NCBI GenBank assembly: GCA_011109175.1
Contig: RDEW01000045.1
Location: forward strand, 401,553-465,552
Length of the DNA: 64,000 bases
Direction of reading: 5' to 3'
DNA from: Dicyema japonicum
Lineage: Eukaryota; Animalia; Dicyemida
In this document: positions 1-12,949 of the stretch, in pieces
Layout of the letters: each line of letters opens with the position of its first letter
Position numbering within the stretch: position 1 is the stretch's first letter
Notes under the pieces: generated by a model
The model's input: only the letters and a program-made list of their open reading frames with translations
What the model was told of the DNA's origin: nothing
The model's database searches: none
Made by a program: the position numbers and the translations under genes

Positions 1-99
1 AGGTAATGATTTAAGAATAAAACGGTACCCTCGAATTGTTAACAAATCTATTAATAGAATCCAATTTTCATACATTAATGGTAGATAATGCTGATTTTA

Positions 100-290
100 T
101 GAGTTATAGATTAATTAGAATAATCCCCATCGTAATTGAGACAACAGGAGGAATAAGCTGGAAATCGCTTCTTTTCTTAAAGAAACTAGGACGTCTAGCT
201 ACATTAAAAAGCGTGAGACTAGGTGGCTTCTCCATTTGATCTCTGTAGGGATCGGGAGAGGCAAATCAACGTCAATTATGTTGGGGGATT
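100..290 (+). mobile_element. 3' remnant of CRE-clade RLE non-LTR retrotransposon
   Basis: Translates to PIVIETTGGISWKSLLFLKKLG..(K)RETRWLLHLISVGIGRGKS, which aligns with the C-terminus of the element at 15.3-18.3 kb (PVVVETSGVFG..RETEWLFQRISLAVVRGNS). Confidence 0.6.
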
Positions 291-899
291 ACTTTTGATT
301 GATTTTTGTGTTGTTGATTATTTATCAAATAATGAAAGTTAAAGCTGTTGTTTATGTCCGATTGTGAAACGACAAAAATCGATAATTTCAATTTTGTTCT
401 ACTGAAAATAATTTAGTGCTTATTTTGATAAGGGTAGAACACTTACGAGGAGATTTCGAAAATAATTTTTCACAATTAAAACAATTATGAAAACTTATAA
501 TTTAGTCTTTGATTTTAGTGAATTGTTAGTGTTATTTATTGTAAGTGCTAATGATATACTTAAGGTGATTGTTAGGGGTAGACATAGGATGTATGCTAAT
601 GTTAGACTTATAAGATATGATATGGATATATTTGGTGATTTGTGGTATTGGATTTTTGGTTCGACACAGAGCTGTCTTTTGTACGTGGTAAACAGCGTGA
701 CAAAAAACATTGTTGCTGATGTGTTGAGCCTCCGCTTCGAGAGTCACAATTCCATCTTGTTATTGGAGGACTGAATCACTGAGATCCTGATTTGACGGCT
801 TTTGCTCGTCTCCCAATTAGGAAGTTATTATTATTATTAACAAGCCAAAAATCACCAGCTAGAACTAATTAAACCGAACAAAATAAAAAAGAGAACAAA

Positions 900-1602
900 A
901 AAAAGATGAAAGAAAGGCTTTAAAACAAAAATGTTACCACAACAGTGAAGTTCGGAAAAGGGAACGTAATGGTTTGGAGCGCATTCACATCGGAATGTTT
1001 TTCGGAACTTATGTGGAAAAGGAATTATTAATGGGAACTTAAGCATCTTGGCAGATAATTTGTTGCCTTTTTTGGAGAAAACAGGAATACGGTCTCTAAT
1101 TTTTCAGCGAGATAATGATGATCCAAAGCACACCTGCTAGGTGGCTAAAGATTTTTCAATGAACAGGGAATTGAGTTATTACAATGGCCCCCTCAAAGTC
1201 CCGATTTGAATCCAATCGAGCACGTGTGGGCCTCCATGAAACAAAAAATAAGGGGAACCGAATTAAAAAAAGAGTGACCTATTCGAAGAATTGAAAAAAA
1301 TTTGGAACGATCTCACGATAGAATATGCGAAATCGCTTATTGGGTCAATGCAAAGTAGAATTTTAGAAGCAATAAATGCTCAAGGGGGTCATACTAAATT
1401 GTGAACTATTTTTTGTTCTCTTTTTTAATTTGTTTGAAAAAATTGGGTTTAAATACTTACCAAAATATTTGACGTTTGGATTTTTGTAAAAGGCAAAAGT
1501 TAAGCTTATAATTTAAAATTCAATTTTTTATTAAAAAAATTAATCTTTATTCAGAAAAAAATTGAGAAATTGGCTGTTCCGTTTTTTATTTGCATCGCTG
1601 TA
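900..1602 (+). mobile_element. Tc1/mariner (DD34E-type) transposon, 3' half with right TIR
   Basis: Broken frames give TVKFGKGNVMVWSAF, FQRDND-PKH, WPPQSPDLNPIEHVW and AQGGHTKL*. The end reads ...ttgcatcgctg|TA (1600/1601-1602; reverse complement TA-CAGCGATGCAAA) and truncates the adjacent LINE. Confidence 0.85.
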
Positions 1603-2794
1603 TGTGTGCTGAAAATCATGAGGGTGTCAAATGTTAGTCTCAGAATCTTGGCTTGTTTCTTATTTGGGATTAGTTCACCATTCAAAAATAGTTCAGCCGA
1701 ATAGCTTGATAGCCTTCTATTCGAAGAAAAAAAGAGAGGTAAAGGACTTTTCTGACATTGAATTTCTTTTCAACCATTCATGGAGTCTTTCCAGAATACT
1801 TTGTAACGGTGACAAGGGTAAACCATGTGGCACGCCGTTTGAAAGAAATTGAGACCGATTGGCAGGATTTTGTTACGACTTTTCTTCTTCTACCAGTGAG
1901 AAAGTTCCCGAGCCATTTTCTTTGAATTCTTTCCAATTCGCAAAGCTGTAGTTAGTTATTGTTGGGCATTGTCCTTTTATCCGTGACCTTGTTTTGACCT
2001 CCAAAAATATTGGGTTGTGGTCACTTCTGGTGTCATAATTCACTGACCAGTCAATAAGTGGGGCCAAGGACGGTGATGACAATGAGATGTCGATAGAAAA
2101 GGTTTATCATTAGGTCGAGTAGGTGTTCTTGTATGAGATGCAGGATCATTGAGTATACATAGGCTGTGGAGGTCCTCAATTATCATCTTCCCTCTTTTGT
2201 CGTAGGTTTGTCCTGTCAGCCACAGTGAGTGCTTCGCATTGAAGTCACCACAGATAATCACATCCTTTAGTGACGCGAGAGGAGTGAGTCTGGGAGCACT
2301 GGACGAGCAGGAACTTAGCGGTGGGAAATATGCGTTGACAATTATTATTGATAGTCTTGGGAATCGTACTTTGGTAACCAAAAGTTCGAGATTTCCATAT
2401 CCTTAAGCTTAACTAAGTACTGTTAGTTAAGTCCTCAATTGGAATGCCGTTGCAGATAACTGTGAGAAGACCCCCACCAAGTTTGCCAATTCTGTCTTAG
2501 CGAATTACTGTGAATCCCGGAAATACCGGTGTTAAATTCTTTGGAGAAAGTGGATAGGTTGAAGATATAGGCTAATGAATTAGCAACAGATCAATGTGAT
2601 TTTCTTTCACAAATGTCCGAAGTTCGAGTATCTTGTTCTTGATTCCATTTATGTTTAGTTGGACTATTCTGGCTGGTTTACCTCAACGTCTCCGCAGCGG
2701 CGCAGGCCTTCCTTATTGGTTCACCCGTGAAGATAGGGGAAAGTGTGTTTCTTTTTTTCAAATGCCACCACGTCGTCGGCGAGCCACATGACAT
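1603..2794 (-). mobile_element. Ingi/Vingi-like APE LINE remnant (internally deleted) with a damaged 2A motif
   Basis: APE motifs IVNAYFPP, VIICGDFNAKH and SDHNPI (ORFs 2040-2381, 1873-2082). An RT C-terminal piece lies at 1620-1800. Positions 2415-2794 are near-identical to 30178-30560, but DVEENPGP has a small deletion (gaggtaaaccagcc). Confidence 0.75.
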
Positions 2795-3299
2795 TGCTAA
2801 TTCTTTTTAGCAAGTTCGTAAGCAAAGATCAAGTTCTGGAAGATGGTCGTTTCAAATATCTTTTGTAAAGATGGTTGAATTTTATATATTTTTATTAATT
2901 TATTTATTTAATTAGTTTTAAAAGCTGTTTTACAATATGGTAAACCTTTTACTACAATAGTACATTATTCAACGTGTATAGACTCGTTGTTGTGGTCTTT
3001 TTCTTTTTACTGTTTTATAGTCTTTTTTTATTGTATTGTAGTATATTTTCTTAAATATAATATGTATTATTGGTTCGTCAAATAGTGTTGAAGGATGTTA
3101 TCAAAATGTCTGATATATATATATTTTGGTGATCTATAAATATTGATTATTCTCCACTATTTGATTGTTCGATCTTTATTTCCCAATTTTTTCTATGGCT
3201 ATTTCGGAACTTTATTGTAATTTTGAAATTCAATTTGTTTCCCATGATTTTCCTTGGAATTTTTGATCGTCGGCTTCCCTCTTCCTTTAGGAATAATTA

Positions 3300-4790
3300 T
3301 TCCACTTGATAATGTTGTATACTTTTTATTTATTCAAACTTTCTTAAATTTGCCATTTATTGTAATTCTCTATTTTTCAATGATATATGCCACAATTTTT
3401 GAAATTTATTTTTTTAATAATTAAAATATTGACCACCTTTTTTTCAAATTTTGAAACTTAAGATTATTTCTGCTCCTGAATTATTTAATAATGCCTCACT
3501 GTCTTAGTTTATGAATTTAGCAATTATCCAAAATCAATATCTATTAACACATTTATTTATTGCATTAGTTATGAATCCCAGGAACAACGCAGAATTATAT
3601 AAAACATCAATAATCTCTTCATATTCTAAACCTTCCTTGAATCAATGGCACATTAAGGTATATTTCTTCATTTTTAGGATGGCTATATGAAAATTCTTAC
3701 TACGCGTTTTTTATCGAATATTTTGATTCCATTTGTAATTCAACATCATCAAAAGAAAGAAAATCCATTAAAGCGTTAAGATAATTCGACATAAAAAATT
3801 AATAACACCCATGTCTAACGATTGAATTAATGAGGTTGCATTTTTTGGAAGAAAAAAACAATTCAATGTTGAAAGATGGATATTACTGTGACAACTTGCG
3901 TAATCAAGAAACAAAACAATTTTTCTCTTTTGCTTAATCATTTGTTCATTTGTATTGGTGAGCGAAGTAATAAATATTTCTGATGTCATCCTATAATTTT
4001 TGGATGATGAATAGAAAACTCCATGTTTTCAGGGTCAAATTTTTTCATACAGTATGGAGATTTAATTTTCCCCACTGATAATGGTTCAATTTTTCCTCAC
4101 TGATAATGGGTTCAATTTTTCTCCACGAACACTGACCTTTTCCTTGCTTCTTTTAATACCGAAGCAGTCTTCACTAGGAGTTGCAAATGATTTTGACGGA
4201 ATCCCCTTAATAAATAATCCAGTCTCGTCGCAATTAAAAATATTTTGAAGACCATATTCTTTTCGTATTCACCATAAAGTAGGACACGGCTCTGGTGCCT
4301 CAAAATTTGGAGGTAAAAATAATTCTTTATTTTTTTCCTACATTCTTTGTTTTTTTAATATCTTTAGATAAAATCTTACGAAATTTGTATTATTTTGTTA
4401 GAGTTTGTGGCATAAATTAATGATTATTTTTTTCTAATTCATTCATTGAAAATATGATTGTTTTGAATGTTGCCTACTCATAATCATCATAAAACATTTT
4501 ATTGGCTGTCTTTTCTTGAATCACGTTGTGGACAGTATTTTCGATGTGATTTTCTTCAATTGAATGTGTTTTTCTATTATATGTTCATTTATTTTTCGCC
4601 AACAATTTTCAATCACATCTGAAGAAATACTTGTATACGTAATTCCAATAATCGTTATCACATGATTTCAGTTTGATTTCAATTAGTTTTGGAAAAATAA
4701 GTTCTTCGGAAAAAAGAGTAAAAGATATTAAATTAATAAATCTTGACTTTAAATGCCTTTATTATTCCCATGTCTAATGGCTCTACAAGT
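3300..4790 (-). mobile_element. pogo/Tigger (DDE_1) transposase remnant
   Basis: KRKIVLFLDYASCH..FFLPKNATSLIQSLDMGVI (3768-3989), FNCDETGLFI near 4200-4250, and TSLVEPLDMGIIKAFK at 4740-4790. Confidence 0.75.
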
Positions 4791-4794
4791 GACG

Positions 4795-5240
4795 TTTCAT
4801 TATTTAACCACTTCACAAGAGCCATATTACTTATAGACCCGCAGTGTGGCGCATAAAAATTTATAATTGTCAGAAAGCTCTTCAAAGGAGGTAAGTCTTT
4901 TAGACGGGTTTGTATGACACAGATGCTGTCATTCACACTCCATACACGGTGGACTGCACTTGTCAACTTTGAGTGGATGGTAAATCCAAGTCCATAATAT
5001 TTAGAGTCGCTCAGTTGACATATTATTCGATATTCGCCATAGTTCTCATCAAGACTACAAGTAACTTTCGTCTCTTGTAGGCATCCAATAGATACTTGGT
5101 ATCTCACCAGGTCGTAGATAAGCCTCTAGCATTGAACGTAAGGGGCTTTAGACGAGATACATCCCTTTGTATCCTTTGAATCTTAGACATTTTTCTTAAC
5201 TGCGATCCAATTAAGAAACGAGGCACGTCATCATTTTAAC
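4795..5240 (-). mobile_element. RTE-clade LINE 5' fragment (APE endonuclease)
   Basis: SIGCLQETK..YYGLGF..VNDSICV..TIINFYAPHCG. Near-identical to 30561-30780 and carries the RTE 5' leader motif at 5188-5240. Confidence 0.8.
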
Positions 5241-5446
5241 AAAAAAACTATTTTTTGGCAGAAATAATAGTTTAACATTCAAATAAGAAAAATTTTTTCA
5301 CATGTTGCATTGTCTAGCTTCAACAATATTTTTCTATTTTGACAAATCATTTTTTCGTTCAGCTTGCACAGCAATATTAAAAATGTCTAAAGTATACAAG
5401 AATTTTTTGATGCTGCATACATCACTCCGTCTTCAATTTAGTATTA

Positions 5447-6560
5447 CAGTAGGACTCCGCCCCAATAGAAAAGTGTCCCAAATATATAGAGTATACTAAA
5501 TTATTACATTTTTAACCTCTCTATTCGTATTTTTAAATAATTATTTTTACAATACAATGTTTTGCTTCATATTGCAAAAAGGAATCAATTTATTTATGAA
5601 AAATAATCAGTTATTTTGTTCACAATGGAATATTTGTTTCTTAGCATTTTTGAAATTTTAGTCCTAAATTCATAGTATTCTTTAAGCCCTTCAGGACAAA
5701 TGTTAAATAATGATGATTCAAGAATATTCATAATATTTATTGTATCTTTTAAATATAGCCCATCCATCTCATTATTTCCATTATACAAAGCCTCATTGTC
5801 TTCTATTCCATTTATTTCAAGTTCTGTTAAATCTGAAATATGTTCATCAATTAATTCGGATTCTTTTTTTGAATTTGTTTCATGGACAAATGTTCTTTGC
5901 TCATTTATCTTTTTCCAACAATTCAATATTGTAGTTTTTGTTACACGAGTCCATGCTTCTCCCACAAATGCGAATACTTGTCTCATATTGATCTTCAACA
6001 GGGCATCATAGTATTTATTAGCATCGTCAAGACATATTATTTCATAAAGAAAATTCTTATAACATGATTTGAATGAGTTTATGATCCCCATATCTAAAGG
6101 TTGAAGAAGTGCTGTTGTGTTTTTAGGAAGTTTAAGAAATGATAAGTTTGAATATTCCTGACATTTGTGACAACGAGCATTATCCATAATAATCAAAATT
6201 TTCCTGTTTTTTTAACCATTTCGAAGTTTATTTTTTGTAGCCATGTATCAAAAATATGCATCGTCATCCATGCATTTTTTGAAGCTGTATATAAACCTAA
6301 ATTTAACCCAACACAATATACCCCATAATCTTCTGTATTTATATTTTTTAAGCATCTTGGGGATTTGAATTTCCCGATAACAAGGGGTTTTAATTTCTCG
6401 CCTTCACGGCTGCAGCATAAAAGAACTGAAACTCGTTCTTTACATTTCGTTTTACCAAAACAATCATCATTTGAAGAGACAAATGATCTACATGAATCTT
6501 TTTTAATAAAAAGAGAAGTTTCGTCGCATTTAAAGTTTTATTTTTTTAGTAATCGTTAAA
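5447..6560 (-). mobile_element. pogo/Tigger transposon, 3' part with terminal repeat
   Basis: ORF 5594-6196 (IMDNARCH..LPKNTTALLQPLDMGII), with HLCCSREG/PLVIGKFKSP upstream. The terminus TA|CAGTAGGACTCC is at 5445-5458. Confidence 0.8.
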
Positions 6561-9500
6561 ACAAAACAAACAATAGTCATATCATCTAACTAATGTATCA
6601 ACGACCAGGCCAGCACCCACCGGGACTCTCTTGGTAGTATCTCCGCTTCCCTTCCTATTTTTTGGATCATCCAACTCTTTATCAGTGTCGCGTCGCCTCT
6701 TTCCCAAATTGCATCCAGTAAGAGGATTCTTCATCATTTCCCAATTATTGTTAATCGCCATCGTTATTTGTTCAAATCCGTGTTTATATTCTACAAGCAT
6801 GCTCTCTAAAGTCTTCTTCAGCGCAATCGTTTGGATGTACGCTCGGGTGATGGTCGTAATTCCAATGATGTCCATGTATGATTTGAAATACCTGGAGACA
6901 ATTCCATCCCAGGTAAGAACAATTGGGAGTATCTTTACTTTGGCTTTGTAAATGAACTCTAGTTCACTCGCAAGAATGTCGTATTTATGTAGTTTTTCAA
7001 CTTCGACAGCCTTGAGATTGTCCATTGATGTTACTCCAATTTCAATTAGCCATATTTGGTTCATTTTTTTATCGTACAAGAAAATGTTAGGCTTGTTATA
7101 TTGGACTTTGGACTCCGTTGGAATGGTCTTATCAACTCGGATCTCGGCATGCTGATTTGTGATGATGCTTTGAATAGAATGTGACTTCAATTTTTTGGAT
7201 TTTTTAAATCCAAATTTTCTAGATAAATGCATGTGAATGCATTTAACTATTTCATTGTGTCGTCTTGTATAGTCTGAGTTTAGCATTCTGTTACACCTCG
7301 TAGCCAAATGATCGACAGTTTTTTTCGAGGAATTACAATGTGGACATTTTAGACCAAGATCCCGGAAAAAGATATTATCATCGCTTCAGACTTGGGAGAA
7401 ATATTTCCATTTGTGATCCATGTAGACGATGATTTTATGTCAAATGTATCATTCTCAAGTGATTCAAATAATATTGAATGTAGGCTTTTCTTTTTGATGA
7501 TAGACAGGAGAGAGTTAATCTGTGAACTCTTTAGATTCTCCACAATGTCTATGGTTGGGCCCATTTGGTATTTTACCCGCAGGAATTCTGTGATTGTGGC
7601 CATATGTGTTTTTCTTAGCTGTTCGGCCCACAGAATTCCAGCTTTTCTCAGAGAAATCTTTTTCCGCCTTTCAAGGCTTGTTTTAAACTCAAGTAGCATT
7701 TTTTCTGACTTAAAAGTAACTGATATCAGCCCTCTTCCCAGCGTACTCCTTGGTAAGTATAATCTTTCCTTGGAAGCCGGTTTCATATGAATACCCAAAC
7801 GCATAAGTAATTTTCTGACTAATCTATCAAATTCCTCATATTCACCGGGTTCCATCTCGAGAAGACCAATATAATAATTAAAAAGGGATAGAGCATGTTC
7901 ATTTATGGCTTTAAACAAATTGACCGAATTCAATTTCGTTTTTGACAGTTTTTCAATACGATCTTGCACCTCCTCTTTGATATTTTTAAGTACAACTTCT
8001 TTAACTACTTTGCTGGAATTGTCTTCTAACACCCCCAAATAGCGATAACTATCCACTCCATCCATTAGTTTAGCATCATTCGATAGTAAATAACTATTTG
8101 TCAAAATTCTTTTCTAAGCCGGACAATTTAAAGTAAGCATTCACATCTTTCATCATGCATGCCAGTGTCCCTTCCTCTTTTGCCAAAAGTTTCAAATCAT
8201 CGATGAATAAGAAATGATTCGCAGAAAAAGTAAAAGAATTAGATTCAGCAATATTGATAGACATGCTCGGATATTTTGCAGACAACATTCTGCTTAGTGG
8301 ATCCAAAACAAATAAAAATAATTGAGTATTCCACGTTCAATATTAATCGTTCCCAATATCTTTTTCCCCAATCTTAATGACACACGCCAGTTTGGAATTA
8401 TTGATATTACAAACTTGGTTATCCATTCTGGTAGTCCCGAGCTTTCCAGGATTTTAATAAGATACTCGTGACTCACTGAATCAAACGCTTTTCTAACATC
8501 AATCCATGCACAGAATAGTTTGTTTTCATGGGCTTTGTTAACACATCTGTTTAAAAGTGCCAATTCCTTTGCTCCTTGACAGTGTCGTTTTGTCCCAAGC
8601 TGATACTCAGTAATTAAATCATAAGTTTCAGCATATTGTGCAATTTTTTCGTTTACACATTTCGTAACCAGCTCGTATAAGCACGGCATACATGTAATCG
8701 GTCTAAGATCCTTAGGGTCAACAGAGTTCTTCTTCTTTGGGATTAGGTATGTAATCCCCATATAAAACCATCTTTTCGGTTGACTTTTCCCACTAATGAT
8801 ATCTCTGATCTCTTTAAATAAATATTGATGAAGAGAATCCAACTTCTTGATAAAGAAGTTATATACGCAATCAACTCCGGGGGCTTTCCAATTTGGGAGG
8901 TACTCAATTAAATTTGATATAAAATTATCGTTTATATCAGATTCTTGCTGTTCAACTCCCGTTATTCTCTTGTTCATTCCAAAACTCAAATCATTTTTAT
9001 CCTTTTTTCCCAAACCTCTGTCCAAAATTTAAAGCATTCGGATGTGTCAAAGCCATCAATGCACTCAATGTCAGAATCTGACTTAAGTTTTCTATAGAAT
9101 GACCTTCTGTTCAACTCAAAATTTCGATTATCAGTTCCATATTGTCGCCTCGAGTCTGCAATCGACAACTTTTTGTTTAAAATTCTAATTTGGTCATTTA
9201 TTGCGGTTGATATCGTTTCAAATTCACCCATTTTGCATTTTTGTAATTGTAGGAACACAGAATGTCGACTGCTTTTTTCTTTTCCTCGCCTGTAATAGTA
9301 GACATAAAGAAATTTGATATTACTAGATTATTTTCAGCTAAAATTTCAATCTTCTTTTGTATTCTTTGCCTCCAGTTCGATTTGAAAGGTTCCTTCATTG
9401 TGATTTGTTGATATACACACTGAGCAGAGTATATCAAACATGAAATGTCTTCAATACTTGAAGGTATGTTATTCGATGTATATTCGATTAAAGATTTATT

Positions 9501-10070
9501 TAGCATTTCAATTAAATTGTCATTTACAAACTGGAAAGGAATCTTCCTTGTTTGACGCCTTTCATCGATTTTCTTTGAACTATTTGCATCAATCTGACTC
9601 AATAATTCTTCAAAGGTTTTATTGTATAATGCCAAATCAGGTGCCTTATCCATTTTAATTCCAATTTTAGGTATTGTACTATTACTCTGATGACAGGAGA
9701 CAAGTCTCTTCAACTCATAAACGGATTTCTTTTTTCCAAATTTAGAATTAAAATAATTGGCTATGAATGGCCACCCTCCTCTAGGTACTCGTTTGAGGCG
9801 GTCTTTGACACAAGTTAAAAGAGATGAGATCCATTCTCCGGGATTAGAAGAGTCAATAGAGTCGCAGATAGCATTCAGAGAACACAAAGTTGAGCTGGTC
9901 TGTTGAGGACCGTTACTGTAATTGACTTGGGCATTAAAATGGCCATGAACAGGCAAATCCACACTTTCTCGAACTCCATTTATTAAATATTCTGTGGACG
10001 CGTCCATGGGAATGACTTTTTCAGACTGGGAAAAACCAAACATCATTACACCACTAGACAATTCTCTTTT
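6560..10070 (-). mobile_element. R4/Dong-like RLE-type non-LTR retrotransposon, near full length, frameshifted
   Basis: Consecutive ORF pieces: N-terminal region (9198-10061), RT (WKAPGVD, LRPITC, QLG, DVRKAFDSV, FIDDL, YRYLG), CCHC-region HLATRC..RRHNEI, and a PD-(D/E)xK-like nuclease KPNIFLYDK..IWLIEIGV (6582-7307). Confidence 0.85.
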
Positions 10071-10959
10071 TTTATAAAGTTTTATTATAATAAAAGAATT
10101 TAAAAGAGATAATAACTCATTAATTATAGTTTTGATAAATATAATTAATTTTTATTCCGAAGTTACTTAGTATCTTAAAATCATAGGGATTGGAGGACCT
10201 TGGTAAAATGTTCCACTTACCCATAGGACCCCTTAAATCAATTTTTATAAGATTTGAAAAAGATGACTTTTTTACCTAAATATATCGAGGACCTTAGTAA
10301 AATATCTCGAGATGTTGATTGATGAACTTATCCAAAACCTGAGAAAATTAATTGGAGACCGTTTTGAATGGGGGAAATTTTGAAAGAGGCTATTTTGAAT
10401 GGGACTTCTATTTCCTTAGAAATTTTAATCCTTAACTTAGACTAAGCTTACGAGCAATAATCACAAGAATGCAAAATTACACGATGCTTCAAAATAAAAT
10501 TTTATATAATTAATTTTAATATTAATAGCAAATATGTATATAAATTAAAAATCCAGTACCCCACTTAGAGGTTCCGATAATTTTTAAATTTGGAAAATAC
10601 CGCATAAAAATTATGCCATTTTGATACTACCCTAATAATAAAGGTTTCCCAAGCCAGAGGTCTGTCCCAAATGGAGGTCATACTGTAGTAATATTGAAAT
10701 ACAATTTTAAATAACATTGACGTATCTTCCAAATTTGCCATTTGAGACTGAGGTAGATGACATCAACCGTTTAATACTTTGATTAAATCTATATTTTTTG
10801 TAGAATAAAATGCATTTTTTATCTTGCACTATGGACATCCTGCTTTTCCAATAACATGCCTGATATTTAGTTCTCAATTTCGTACGGCAACAGACTCAGG
10901 TAACTCAATTTATCTCGTGGAATGGATTATTTTTATTAAAAGCACTTTCACAGAACCAA

Positions 10960-11105
10960 TAACGTTATATTAACTTTTCACACGTATCAAAATCTGCTTC
11001 ATTATGGGTCTCCATCGCCCTCTGCTTTGCGCATCTGTCCTTAGTTCTTCTGCAGATTTAAGTTTTCTTCCAGGACACATGACGAATGGAATAGTTTCAC
11101 GGATA
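10960..11105 (-). mobile_element. RTE LINE 3'-end fragment
   Basis: GRKLKSAEELRTDAQSRGRWRPIMKQI resembles the C-termini of the RTE copies at 33.0, 38.8 and 60.0 kb. Confidence 0.5.
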
Positions 11106-11645
11106 AGTTGAGTCAGGAGTTTGTTTCTTTATTATTGTCCTCAGATTCCTTTGTAGGTATTCCGAGTGTGACAGGTGCAAAGCATATAAGTTTTAGCCAG
11201 GATTCCCAACTGTCAGAGGATAGTGCGTGATCAATGGCATCTGAAAGACACGTTGCTGCGGCAATTCGTACTCCTTTAGGGATTTTTACTGGGATCTTCA
11301 TGGCTTTCCTGAGGTTCGAGATCTTTAAGAGAGTATGGTCTGTATGTGTCAGTGTAAAGTTTGACTGAGTTATTTTTTCCCACCTGGGGGCCTCCATTCC
11401 AATACAAGAGGGGCACAGCCAACTCGACAGCGTCTCGGCGCAAGCTTTACTCATTTTTATGCAGCCCAAATGGGCGAATGATTCACATTGTGTGCAGTTA
11501 ATCCCATATTTCCTGATGTTCGATTGTCCACATAAAAAAACATACCTGATTTGTCCGTACTGGATTTGTTCCTCGTACTTTGTCTTCTTTTCGTTCTTTA
11601 TTTTCCATGAGATTTTTGTTGATCACACCACACCACTTAATAAAC
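11105..11645 (-). mobile_element. 5' part of CRE-clade retrotransposon with PHD finger
   Basis: With one T-run indel it reads MENK..VCFLC..CTQCESFAHLGC..SWLCPSC, then KIPKGVRIAAATCLSDAI..W..L..FAP, homologous to 15470-16207. Confidence 0.8.
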
Positions 11646-11714
11646 GTGTTGATGTTCCAATGCAATATTTTTATTCAAACAATGCAATATTTAAAATCAA
11701 TTAATTCAGACAAT

Positions 11715-12400
11715 AATTAGGACGACAGAATGGCGAAGGCGATACCACTGAAAATCGCCATTTCGAGCCTCTGCCTCAACCAGAGTTCCTCCCGTGGCTC
11801 TCAATGTTGTGGAGAATGGCGTCCGTCTTCGTGCCTACAGTTCCAGTTGTCTATATTGGATGGATAAAAAGAGTCGATGTACGTGGCATCCCATACCAAT
11901 GGTTTTCTCAAATGGAGAACCTTTTTCTGTATCATCTCTCTAGGCCAACCTTTCAAACATCGAGGGGTATCCAGAAGACTACAGGAATCGCTTAACTATT
12001 CTGTTGATCGCCTCATGTCCCGAAAATGATGTCCATAATAGTCGACGGTACCACCGCACTGACACTTGTGAGTCTAACGAATCTTCAGTCCAAGTCTAAT
12101 GGAAATACCAGTGCGGACGGTATCGTCGTCAAGATAGGTCCCGACGGTTCCGATCGGAGGGTATTGATTCAAGTGCCACTCTATTCGCATCTTCTGGTGA
12201 CTAGACATGCGCATCGGTGTTGGTTTGACTGGTTGAGAAGCCTCCCATATTTATCTTCGCAAATAGACCTGAAAAGCTCCCTCTGTTTAGGTATTTTGAC
12301 TTTCAGTTGCTCCATATCTCTGACGATGCTGTTGGGAGTTGGAAAATGATCTTGATTGTTTAGCACATCTTCTCGAGAATCACAATATATATAAACGTTA
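11715..12400 (-). mobile_element. CRE-clade retrotransposon 3' remnant
   Basis: QRELFRSICEDKYGRLLNQSNQHRCACL matches QRDLYESVCEDKYERLLKISNQHRRACL of the 16282-18243 ORF. Degenerate VWDAT and ELWLRQRLEMAI motifs follow. Confidence 0.75.
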
Positions 12401-12900
12401 CTCCCACATTTTTTTGCTATTTCTTTAATGGTTTGTTTTCTTACTTGCTTCAAGAAACTTGTTTGCCATTTTCTTGTCTGTGGTGAATAGGAATGAAAAG
12501 GATTTCTCATAGTTAATTGTCTTTCTGTTCTCGTTTAACCACACAAGTAAACGGTTCAGGTGATTTTGTATTCTCTCTGTGCCAGCCTGGAGTTCTTGAT
12601 TTCGTGATGCTAAACAAAGCCGTCTATATAAGCCAAGAGAAGATTTTTCACTCATGGTATCTGAAAGTCAGCTAAGAATAAGTTGAAAAGTAGCGGAAAT
12701 AGTAGTGAACCCCAAATTCTTTGAAGATGTTAACTGAGCATTATAGACTTGCTCAGTGTAGAAAATCCCTAGTTGTCTATATTTTTCAGAAATACGACGG
12801 GGATTGTCGTCGTTCCACCTTTTTCGCGGGAGATCTCTCTTGATTTTCAAAAATAGGGTTATGGTCCCTTCTAATGTCATAAATAACGGACTAATTTATT
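12400..12900 (-). mobile_element. Ingi/Jockey-type RT fragment
   Basis: LASRNQELQAGTERIQNHLNRLLVWLNEN matches LASRDQNIQTATERIQHH at 35.3 kb. Confidence 0.6.
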
Positions 12901-12949
12901 ATTGTATAAGGGAGAAGAAAACAGATGTCTGGCGATGTTGGTTGGTCTG

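Noticed and set aside
10640-10690. pogo-like end (gaggtcatactg|TA) as partner TIR of the 5447 Tigger end
   Set aside because: Only the first 5 nt or so match and no Tigger coding sequence lies beside it.
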